This document shows positions 1 to 7,262 of a stretch of 24,000 bases of DNA, piece by piece. The stretch's first letter is position 1, and each line of letters opens with the position of its first letter. The translations under genes and the position numbers were made by a program. This DNA is from Smaragdicoccus niigatensis DSM 44881 = NBRC 103563 (GTDB lineage: Bacteria; Actinomycetota; Actinomycetes; Mycobacteriales; Mycobacteriaceae). The stretch is from positions 624,761 to 648,760 of the forward strand of contig NZ_AQXZ01000019.1 of assembly GCF_000380645.1 (NCBI RefSeq), read 5' to 3'. The notes beneath the pieces were generated by a model. That model was not told the DNA's origin. It ran no database searches and saw only the letters and a program-made list of their open reading frames with translations.

Positions 1-564
1 GACCACGACTGGATGTGCGAACTCGGTGAGCAGATGCCGATGTACAAGCCGCCGCTGGACATGACCGCGCTGTTTGCCGAGCCTGGCGTCGGTGACCTGG
101 GCGAAGCCGGAATCACGGTGCGCTACCTGACGCCGCACTCGAAGTGGTCGATCCACTCGGCCTACCAGGACAACCTGTACATGCTGACGCTGTCGCGCGG
201 TGGCCAGAACATCTGGATGTCCGACGTCGACGCCGCCAAGATCGGCGTGAAGGACAACGACTGGATCGAGTGCACGAACCGCAACGGTGTCGTCAACGCA
301 CGTGCGGTCGTCAGCCACCGTATGCCCGAGGGTCTGGTGTTCATGTACCACGCACAGGACCGTGCAGTGGACGTGCCGAGGACCGAGAAGACCGGCAAGC
401 GCGGTGGTATTCACAACGCGCTGACCCGAATCATGATCAAGCCGACGCACCTCATCGGTGGTTACGCGCAGCAATCCTTCGCGCTCAACTACCACGGTCC
501 GACCGGCAACCAGCGTGACGAAGTGACCACAATCCGTCGCCGTAGCCAGAATGTGGAGTACTAG
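1..564 (+). CDS. narG: Respiratory nitrate reductase alpha subunit NarG, C-terminal fragment (5' end lies outside the window)
   Basis: Frame 1 is open from base 1. The translation (LTPHSKWSIHSAYQDNLYMLTLSRGG, MYHAQDR, RGGIHNALTRIMIKPTHLIGGYAQ, NYHGPTGNQRDE) matches the conserved C-terminal molybdopterin-binding end of NarG as I recall the E. coli sequence. narH follows 3 nt downstream. Confidence 0.95.
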   Translation, partial: DHDWMCELGEQMPMYKPPLDMTALFAEPGVGDLGEAGITVRYLTPHSKWSIHSAYQDNLYMLTLSRGGQNIWMSDVDAAKIGVKDNDWIECTNRNGVVNARAVVSHRMPEGLVFMYHAQDRAVDVPRTEKTGKRGGIHNALTRIMIKPTHLIGGYAQQSFALNYHGPTGNQRDEVTTIRRRSQNVEY

Positions 565-567
565 ACA

Positions 568-2163
568 ATGCGCGTAATGGCACAGCTGTGCATGGTTATG
601 AACCTCGACAAGTGCATCGGTTGCCACACCTGTTCGGTCACGTGCAAGCAGGCGTGGACCAACCGCGGTGGCGTCGAGTACGTCTGGTTCAACAACGTCG
701 AGACCCGGCCGGGCCAGGGTTACCCGCGGCAGTACCAGGACCAGGAGAAGTGGAAGGGCGGCTGGACCCTCAACAAGAAGGGCAAGCTGACTCTCAAGTC
801 GGGTTCGCGCGCCAAGCGCCTGCTCAATATCTTCGCGAACCCGGTTCTGCCGACGGTGTCGGACTACTACGACCCGTGGACGTACGACTACGAGAACATC
901 CTCGGCTCCGGCCCGTCGGACACGACGCCCGTCGCGCGTCCGAAGTCGCTCATCACCGGTGAGGACACCAAGGTCACCTGGGGCGCGAACTGGGACGACG
1001 ATCTGGGCTCTGGCCCGGAGCAGGTCGCCAAGGACCCGATCCTGGGCAAGCTCGAAGAGAAGGTCAAGCTCGAGTTCGAAGAGACCTTCATGTTCTACCT
1101 GCCGCGCATCTGCGAGCACTGCCTCAACCCGGCATGTGCCGCATCGTGCCCGTCGGGTGCGATCTACAAGCGCTCCGAAGACGGCATCGTGCTTGTCGAC
1201 CAGGACAAATGCCGCGGTTGGCGCCAGTGCGTCACCGGTTGCCCGTACAAGAAGATCTACTTCAACCACAAGACCGGCAAGGCCGAGAAGTGCACGTTCT
1301 GCTACCCGCGTGTTGAGGTCGGCATCCCGACCGTGTGCTCGGAGACGTGCGTGGGCCGCCTGCGCTACATCGGCGTCATGCTGTACGACGCGGACGCCGT
1401 GCTCGAGGCCGCGTCGGTCACGGACGACAAAGACCTTTATCCAGCCCAGCTGAATGTCTTCCTGAACCCGCACGACGAGCGCGTCATCCAGGCGGCCCAG
1501 GATGCGGGCATCACGAGCGAGTGGATCAAGGCCGCGCAGGATTCGCCGTGCTACAAGCTCATCGTCGACTACCAGGTCGCGCTGCCGCTGCACCCGGAAT
1601 ACCGCACGATGCCGATGGTTTGGTACATCCCGCCGCTGTCGCCGATGGTCGACGCCCTCAAGGACACCGGCCACGACGCCGAAAACGTGGGCAACCTGTT
1701 CGGCGCGATCGATGCGCTGCGCATCCCGGTCGAGTACCTCGCGGAACTCTTCACCGCGGGTGACGTCGGTCCGGTCCGGGCATCACTCGACCGTTTGGCC
1801 GGCATGCGCTCGTTCATGCGGTCGATCAACCTCGGCGAGGAACCCGACCTCGACATCTGCGAGGCGATCCGACTGCAACCCGAAGAGATCGAGGCGATGT
1901 ACCGCCTCCTCGCTATCGCCAAGTACAACGACCGGTACGTCATTCCGAACAACGCCTCGTCGGACGCGCACCGTCTCGATGCACTCGCCACCGGGTGCAG
2001 TGTCGACGGCCCGGGCACGACCGCTTTCGAGGTCGTGGCGGACAAGTTCCACCTGCTCGACGACGCCAATGGCGCTGGACCGGAATACAAGCAGGGACGG
2101 GTGAACCTGCTGAACTGGGACGGTCGTAGCGGATCCGCCGGTGTGGTTCCGGTGAAGCAGTGA
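568..2163 (+). CDS. narH: Respiratory nitrate reductase beta subunit NarH (Fe-S subunit)
   Basis: 531-aa ORF. The N-terminus MVMNLDKCIGCHTCSVTCK and the cysteine clusters CEHCLNPACAASCPSGAIYK, CRGWRQCVTGCPYKK and CTFCYPR...CSETCVGR are near-colinear with E. coli NarH from memory. Also carries the HPEYRTMPMVWYIPPLSP motif. Confidence 0.97.
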   Translation: MRVMAQLCMVMNLDKCIGCHTCSVTCKQAWTNRGGVEYVWFNNVETRPGQGYPRQYQDQEKWKGGWTLNKKGKLTLKSGSRAKRLLNIFANPVLPTVSDYYDPWTYDYENILGSGPSDTTPVARPKSLITGEDTKVTWGANWDDDLGSGPEQVAKDPILGKLEEKVKLEFEETFMFYLPRICEHCLNPACAASCPSGAIYKRSEDGIVLVDQDKCRGWRQCVTGCPYKKIYFNHKTGKAEKCTFCYPRVEVGIPTVCSETCVGRLRYIGVMLYDADAVLEAASVTDDKDLYPAQLNVFLNPHDERVIQAAQDAGITSEWIKAAQDSPCYKLIVDYQVALPLHPEYRTMPMVWYIPPLSPMVDALKDTGHDAENVGNLFGAIDALRIPVEYLAELFTAGDVGPVRASLDRLAGMRSFMRSINLGEEPDLDICEAIRLQPEEIEAMYRLLAIAKYNDRYVIPNNASSDAHRLDALATGCSVDGPGTTAFEVVADKFHLLDDANGAGPEYKQGRVNLLNWDGRSGSAGVVPVKQ

Positions 2164-2837
2164 AGCTGCTTCAGCGGCGCGGCACCATCGCGGTTGAACC
2201 CGACCGGGACCAGCGGTTGACGTGGCGTATCGCGGCGTTCCTGCTCGATTACCCGAACGAGCAGACCCTCGCGATGCTGCCCGATCTTCGTGCGACGGCC
2301 GAATCGATGGCTCCTCTCCTCGGTGGGCCGTTGCTGAAGTTCATCGACTACGCACTGACGCAGAACCAGATCAGTCTTGGCCAGGAGTACGTCGCCACGT
2401 TCGACCTCAAGCGCCGCAGCTGCCTGCACCTGACGTACTACGCGTGCGGCGACACCCGCAAACGTGGCATGGCGCTACTGCGGTTCAAGCACGCCTACAA
2501 GGCGGCCGGAACACCCTTCGGTGAGGACTCGGGCGAACTCCCCGACCACATTTCCGTGGTTCTCGAGTTCGCCGCCACGGTCGCACCGGTGGTCGGGGCC
2601 CGCCTGCTGGGCGAGCACCTGCCCCCGCTCGAACTGCTTCGGATCTCGCTCGAGGAAAACGAGTCGCCGTACCAGCACGTGATCGCGGCGATCCTCGCGA
2701 CGCTTCCGCCGATCACCAACGCCGACCGGCGCCGGATCGAGCAGCTCGCCGCCGAGGGCCCGCCGGAAGAAGAGGTCGGCCTCGAGCCGTTCGCGATGGA
2801 CCCGACTCTGTACAACGAAGAAGGAGGTCGTCGATGA
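2160..2837 (+). CDS. narJ: Nitrate reductase molybdenum cofactor assembly chaperone NarJ (TorD/NarJ family)
   Basis: 225-aa ORF in the canonical position between narH and narI. GTGA start/stop overlap with narH (2160-2163) and ATGA overlap with narI (2834-2837). Size and acidic C-terminus are typical. Assignment rests mainly on operon position. Confidence 0.85.
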   Translation: MKLLQRRGTIAVEPDRDQRLTWRIAAFLLDYPNEQTLAMLPDLRATAESMAPLLGGPLLKFIDYALTQNQISLGQEYVATFDLKRRSCLHLTYYACGDTRKRGMALLRFKHAYKAAGTPFGEDSGELPDHISVVLEFAATVAPVVGARLLGEHLPPLELLRISLEENESPYQHVIAAILATLPPITNADRRRIEQLAAEGPPEEEVGLEPFAMDPTLYNEEGGRR

Positions 2838-3577
2838 CCAACCTGTTGTGGACGACAATCCCCTACATCGCCTTGACGGTGTTCGCGGTCGGGCACGTGT
2901 GGCGCTACAAGAACGACCAGTTCGGCTGGACGACGCGCTCGTCGCAGATCTACGAGTCGAAGTTGCTGCGCCTCGGTAGCCCGCTGTTCCACTTCGGCTT
3001 CCTCGGCGTCATCGGCGGCCACATCATGGGTGTCGGCATCCCGAAGAGCTGGACTGACTTCATCGGGATCAGCGAGCACCAGTACCACCTCGTATCGCTC
3101 GGCGGCGGCATCGTGACCGGTGGAATGGTCGTCGTGGGACTGCTCATTCTGCTCTATCGCCGGGTGACCGTTTCGGCGGTCCGCAAGGCCACGACGACGA
3201 ACGACAAGGTCATGTATGTCGTCCTGATCTCAGCGATCGCGACCGGAATGATGAACACGGTCGGGGTCAACCTCTTCGGCCTAGGCTACGACTACCGCGA
3301 AACCGTGTCGCCATGGTTCCGCAGTCTGTTCACGCTGGACCCGAAGCCGGAGCTCATGGTCGGCGTACCGATCAGCTTCCAGGCGCACGCCCTGATCGTC
3401 CTGCTGTTGTTCGCGATGTGGCCCTTCACCCGCCTGGTCCACGTCTTCAGCGCGCCGGTCGGCTACATCTTCCGTCCGTACGTCGTATACCGCAGCAAGG
3501 AACCGATCGGCTCCGGCGGCAAGTACGGCAAGGCCTGGGAGGTTCCGGCCCGCCCGCAACCACGGAAGTGGCTGTAG
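2834..3577 (+). CDS. narI: Respiratory nitrate reductase gamma subunit NarI (di-heme b membrane subunit)
   Basis: 247-aa ORF with about 5 hydrophobic segments. Conserved heme-ligand histidine contexts are present (GHVWRY, HFGFLGVIGGH, FQAHALIV, FTRLVHVFSAP). It is the last gene of the narGHJI order. Confidence 0.92.
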   Translation: MTNLLWTTIPYIALTVFAVGHVWRYKNDQFGWTTRSSQIYESKLLRLGSPLFHFGFLGVIGGHIMGVGIPKSWTDFIGISEHQYHLVSLGGGIVTGGMVVVGLLILLYRRVTVSAVRKATTTNDKVMYVVLISAIATGMMNTVGVNLFGLGYDYRETVSPWFRSLFTLDPKPELMVGVPISFQAHALIVLLLFAMWPFTRLVHVFSAPVGYIFRPYVVYRSKEPIGSGGKYGKAWEVPARPQPRKWL

Positions 3578-3606
3578 GGAGCCGTCAATAGAGAGGGTGG
3601 ACGGGA

Positions 3607-5265
3607 CTAGCGCCAGCGGACCTTCTTGAGCAGGTCGAGAGACATCATGATTCCGGTCTCGAACTGTTCGTGAGTCATCGGGCCGGGCGGCTGCAAGGTG
3701 AGAACCCGCTGGCGGGCGATGGTCTGCGATGACGTGTATTTGAGCAAGCCATACGTGCCGTGCCTACTCCCCATGCCCGAGTCGCCGAGCCCACCCATGG
3801 GTGCGTCGACACTGCCCCACGCGGCGATGTAGTCCTCGTTGATCGTGACGATTCCGGCGTGGATGCGAGCCGCAATGTCGTCCACGTCGGTGCCGCCCCA
3901 GACGCTGGCAGCCAGCCCGTACTCGGTGTCGTTGGCCAAAGCCACGCCCTCGTCGACCGTCTTGAAGCGATATACCGAAACGACTGGCCCGAACGTCTCG
4001 TTGCGACAAAGCGTCATGTCGTCGGTAACGCCTTCGAGCAGCGTGGGCTCATAGAAGAGCGGGCCGAGGTCCGGTCGAGCCTTCGCGCCGGCGAGAACCG
4101 TTGCTCCCTTGGAGACCGCGTCTTCGACGTGGCTGGAAATGACCTCGAGCTGCTCCTGGCTCGTGAGCGAGCCCATCTCCATACCGAACTCGTAGGTCGC
4201 ACCAAGAGCAAGGTTTCGCACGCGCTCAGTCAGCGCACCGACGAACTCGTCGTAGATCTTGTCCTGGACGTACAAGCGCTCGATCGACACGCAAACCTGG
4301 CCGGCGCCGCCGTAACACGAGCGCAGCGAGCCTTCCACCGTGCGTTCGATATCGGCGTCGTCGAGAACCAGCATCGGATTCTTGCCACCGAGTTCCATGG
4401 AGGAAGCGATCAAGCGCTTACCAGCTTCGGCTGCCAGGTACCGCCCGGTCTTGGTCGAACCGGTGAACATGAGGTAATCCGCGTTGTCGAGAAGCGGCGT
4501 GCCGATCTGGCTGGATTTACCCAGCGCGATCTGCCATAGCCCCTCCGGCAGACCGGCCTGCAGTGCGAGGTCGAGGCCGTACAGCGCACAGAGGGCGGCT
4601 TGGTTGTCCGGCTTCTGAACGACCGCGTTGCCGGCGATGAGCGCGGGGATGGTGTCGCAGACGCTCAGGATGAACGGGAAGTTCCACGGCGAGATGACGG
4701 ACACCACACCTTTGGGTATGTGGATCTCCTTCACCGCGGTGAGCACGGGCGTGACGCCGGTGCGACCCTGCGGCCCGAGCAGGTCGGGCGCGACCCGCGC
4801 GTAGTAGCGCGCGGTATTCATGATGTCCATGACTTCACGGAAGGCGTCGCGTCGCGTCTTGCCGTTCTCGATCTGGACTAGATCCATGATCGTGTCTCGA
4901 TTGTCCTTGACCAGGTCGTGGTACTTCAGGAAGACCTTGGCGCGATCCTTGACCGACATAGCCGCCCAGGCGGCTTGGGCTGCGCGGGCCCGAGCAAAGA
5001 CCGTGTCTATTTCCTCCGCGGAGACCTGCGGGATGTCCGCAAGAGGCAGGCCGTTGTAGGGGGCGTAGGTGGTCACTGTCCCGCTGGCAGGGACTGCGCG
5101 CGAGAGCAGCCGGGCCACGAGTTCCGGAGTCAGACTCTTGGGCATAGGCGCAAAGCCCGGGCCTTCGGCAGCCGCCTTAGCTGCTGCAGCGGCCGCCTTA
5201 GCAGCCGCCGTCGACTTCGGAGCCTTGGCGCCCTTCGCGACCGTGCCGGGTTTTGTGTTCGCCAT
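3607..5265 (-). CDS. gabD2: NAD(P)-dependent aldehyde dehydrogenase, succinate-semialdehyde dehydrogenase GabD2-like (start uncertain: 5340, 5265 or 5145)
   Basis: ALDH superfamily motifs: ISPWNFPF, FTGSTKTGR, catalytic Glu in MELGGKNP, catalytic Cys in AGQVCVSIERLYV, and NETFGPV. Long colinear similarity to M. tuberculosis GabD2 from memory, whose N-terminus aligns with the Met at 5145 (MPKSLTPELVARL). The sequence upstream of 5145 is a low-complexity Ala/Lys stretch. Confidence 0.85.
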   Translation of the reverse strand: MANTKPGTVAKGAKAPKSTAAAKAAAAAAKAAAEGPGFAPMPKSLTPELVARLLSRAVPASGTVTTYAPYNGLPLADIPQVSAEEIDTVFARARAAQAAWAAMSVKDRAKVFLKYHDLVKDNRDTIMDLVQIENGKTRRDAFREVMDIMNTARYYARVAPDLLGPQGRTGVTPVLTAVKEIHIPKGVVSVISPWNFPFILSVCDTIPALIAGNAVVQKPDNQAALCALYGLDLALQAGLPEGLWQIALGKSSQIGTPLLDNADYLMFTGSTKTGRYLAAEAGKRLIASSMELGGKNPMLVLDDADIERTVEGSLRSCYGGAGQVCVSIERLYVQDKIYDEFVGALTERVRNLALGATYEFGMEMGSLTSQEQLEVISSHVEDAVSKGATVLAGAKARPDLGPLFYEPTLLEGVTDDMTLCRNETFGPVVSVYRFKTVDEGVALANDTEYGLAASVWGGTDVDDIAARIHAGIVTINEDYIAAWGSVDAPMGGLGDSGMGSRHGTYGLLKYTSSQTIARQRVLTLQPPGPMTHEQFETGIMMSLDLLKKVRWR

Positions 5266-5391
5266 CGCGCTCACCGCTCTCTGAACATCGCTCAACAGGA
5301 TCTGCGCAATCGAGCGTTGCTGAGCCTCTCCGATTCTCACGGTATCGCGCGCGGTTCGCCTCCACTCCGCTTAGGGCGGAACCGGTAGCGA

Positions 5392-5412
5392 CTGGTCACC
5401 TATGGTGACCAG
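5392..5412. promoter_or_regulatory. Perfect palindrome CTGGTCACC-TAT-GGTGACCAG (9-bp arms, 3-bp spacer); candidate operator for a dimeric regulator in the divergent ALDH/CuMMO control region
   Basis: Read directly: 5392-5400 is the exact reverse complement of 5404-5412. It lies in the only sizeable non-coding region between the divergent ALDH gene and the CuMMO operon. Existence is certain; function is inferred. Confidence 0.5.
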
Positions 5413-5493
5413 ACTCCACGGTCCAGAAATTCACAGCGAAATCTTCGTTGCCAGTGCAGCGCCACCGTGTTAATGCTTGACTTCCCCAAGGTT

Positions 5494-5499
5494 TACAAT
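5494..5499 (+). promoter_or_regulatory. Candidate -10 promoter hexamer TACAAT for the CuMMO operon
   Basis: TACAAT (fits the actinobacterial TANNNT -10) sits about 95 nt upstream of the SD-preceded ATG at 5594. No well-spaced -35: the nearby TTGACT at 5477-5482 is only 11 nt away. The prediction rests on sequence resemblance alone. Confidence 0.35.
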
Positions 5500-5593
5500 G
5501 AAAGCTATCTGTCAAGCAACGGCACAAATCAGTGCCCACTGTCCACCAGCAGGTGACAGGTCAACAGTGACAGAACACAAGGGAGTGGGTCAC

Positions 5594-6484
5594 ATGGTTG
5601 CAGTACTCGACCGGGCTCAGAAGATCTGGGAATCCTCGGTTTCAGGTCCGCCGGTACCCGCCCCCAAGGGCGAGAAGTCCGTGATGTCCGTTGGCAGCAT
5701 GTGGAGCATCCCGCTCGCGATCGCGCCGGTCATTGCCATGGCTCTCTTCTGGCGCACCTGGCAGCAGCTCTTTGCGTTCGACAAGGGCCTGGACTCGACG
5801 ATGCCCGGCTTCAACGAGTATTGGCTCTCGATCTTCGGCTTCAACATGTTCGGCCTGCCGCTGATCGCTGCGAGCATCTTCGCCGCCATCATCATCACCG
5901 GCATCAAGGCCTCCGCCACTCCCCTTACCCCGCATGAAGAGATGAAGCGGCACTGGCGCCTGATGCTCGGCATGGCAGCCTTTGCAATCGCTTCGTTCTT
6001 CGGCGCGCACTTCGGCGAGGAGGACGGCGCCTGGCACCAGGTCACGCTGCGTGACACCGCGTTCACCCCGAGCCACGTCGCACTCTTCTATGGCTCGTTC
6101 CCGATGATGTTCTACGTCATCTTCGGCGTGTACCTCTACGGCCGCACGCGCCTGCCGCACATGTGGGGCGGAAAGGCCGTGCCGCTCGGATTCGCGATCG
6201 TCATCGGCGGAACCACCCTCCTCGTGTTCCAGGTTGCGTTCAACGAGTTCGGCCACACCTACTGGCAGACCGAGGAAGTCTTCTCGGCGCCGCTGCATTG
6301 GCCGTTCGTGTTCTTCGCGTGGATGCTGATCGGCGTTGCCGCCATCTGGCTCCCGACCCTCCTCCGCGTGACTCAGTTGGTGAAGAACGAAGTCCTCGCC
6401 AATGAGGCCGCAAACGAAGACGAGCAGTGGCACGGCATCACCGCCCAGCTGTCCAAGCCGGCCGGTGGAGAACAGAGCGCATGA
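5594..6484 (+). CDS. pmoC: Copper membrane monooxygenase subunit C (PmoC/AmoC/HmoC family; symbol is family-level only, substrate unknown)
   Basis: 296 aa from the ATG at 5594, preceded by GGGAG 8 nt upstream. Multi-pass membrane protein. GLDSTMPGFNEYW resembles the PmoC N-terminal motif. EEDGAWHQVTLRDTAFTPSHVALFY carries D-x3-H-x12-H, and FNEFGHTYWQTEEVFSAPLHW carries N-x3-H-x13-H. These spacings equal those of M. capsulatus PmoC D156/H160/H173 and N227/H231/H245, from memory. It is the first gene of a C-A-B order. Confidence 0.93.
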   Translation: MVAVLDRAQKIWESSVSGPPVPAPKGEKSVMSVGSMWSIPLAIAPVIAMALFWRTWQQLFAFDKGLDSTMPGFNEYWLSIFGFNMFGLPLIAASIFAAIIITGIKASATPLTPHEEMKRHWRLMLGMAAFAIASFFGAHFGEEDGAWHQVTLRDTAFTPSHVALFYGSFPMMFYVIFGVYLYGRTRLPHMWGGKAVPLGFAIVIGGTTLLVFQVAFNEFGHTYWQTEEVFSAPLHWPFVFFAWMLIGVAAIWLPTLLRVTQLVKNEVLANEAANEDEQWHGITAQLSKPAGGEQSA

Positions 6485-7251
6485 CCAACGGAGTCACCGA
6501 AGTACGCAACACCGACGCGGTCGTCAAGGCCTGGGAAGCGATCCCGCGTCACTGGAAGTGGGTGTTGCTCGTCGGCGTGCTGGGAATCGTCACCGCCGCT
6601 GTGCATCTCGAGAGCATGCTCATGGCGGGCGACTGGTCCTTCTGGGCGGACTGGAAGGATCGTCAATGGTGGCCGCTTTTGACGCCGCCGGTGAACCTCG
6701 TCTTCACGGCCGTCGTTCAGTACATCCTGTGGACCAAGCTGCGTCTCCCGATCGGTGCGACCGTCGGTGCCACGCTGCTGGTGGTCGGCCAGTGGATTTC
6801 TCGCGTGTCGAGCTTCCACTTCTGGGCTGACCTGCCGCTGAACTTCACGTGGCCCGAGACGCTGATCTTCGGAGCCATCATCATGGACTGCATTCTGCTG
6901 CTGAGCCGCAGCCTCATCATGACGTCGATCTTCGGCAGCCTGGCCTGGGGCGGTCTCTTCTGGTGGGAGAACTACCCGATGCTGTCGGCGTACCTCCAGC
7001 CGCTGATCTACCACGATCACCTCATGACGATGGCGGACTACCTCAAGTTCTCGCTCCCGATGTCGCAGGGACCGGAGTACTTGCGGATGGTCGAGGAAGG
7101 GCATCTCCGTGCGCTGGTGAGTGACACGGTTGCGATCGTCGGATTCTTCTCCGCGATGGTGTGCGTCGGGGCCTACTGGTTCGGCGTATTCCTCGGCAAG
7201 ATGCTCGGTCTCGTCCCAGCCGGCAAGTTCCTGAAGCTGCAGTCGGACTAG
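6481..7251 (+). CDS. pmoA: Copper membrane monooxygenase subunit A (PmoA/AmoA/HmoA family)
   Basis: 256 aa. The ATG at 6481 overlaps the subunit C stop (ATGA). MLMAGDWSFWADWKDRQWWP, QYILWTKLRLPIGATV, NFTWPETLIFGAIIMDCILLLS and GPEYLRMVEEGHLRAL are colinear with M. capsulatus PmoA (MGDWDFWSDWKDRRLW, YLWERYRLPWGATV, TPEYIRMVEKGTLRTF) from memory. Confidence 0.95.
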   Translation: MTNGVTEVRNTDAVVKAWEAIPRHWKWVLLVGVLGIVTAAVHLESMLMAGDWSFWADWKDRQWWPLLTPPVNLVFTAVVQYILWTKLRLPIGATVGATLLVVGQWISRVSSFHFWADLPLNFTWPETLIFGAIIMDCILLLSRSLIMTSIFGSLAWGGLFWWENYPMLSAYLQPLIYHDHLMTMADYLKFSLPMSQGPEYLRMVEEGHLRALVSDTVAIVGFFSAMVCVGAYWFGVFLGKMLGLVPAGKFLKLQSD

Positions 7252-7262
7252 GAGACCTCAGC

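Noticed and set aside
3578-3606. Possible bidirectional terminator between convergent narI and the ALDH gene
   Set aside because: Only a 5-bp stem (CCGTC/GACGG, 3582-3586 and 3600-3604) with a 13-nt loop and no U/A tracts. This is too weak to call.
5426-5442. GAAAT-n7-GAAAT direct repeat upstream of the CuMMO operon as a third copy of the nitrogen-regulator element
   Set aside because: The pentamers end in T rather than C, and the flanking 11-mer and ATCC tail are absent. Two 5-mers 12 bp apart are easily produced by chance.
5477-5499. TTGACT ... TACAAT as a canonical -35/-10 pair, and TTG 5477 as the subunit C start codon
   Set aside because: The two hexamers are separated by only 11 nt, not 16-18, so they cannot act as one sigma-70-type promoter. 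I kept only TACAAT as a tentative -10. The TTG-initiated N-terminal 39 residues lack PmoC character, and a good SD precedes the ATG at 5594.
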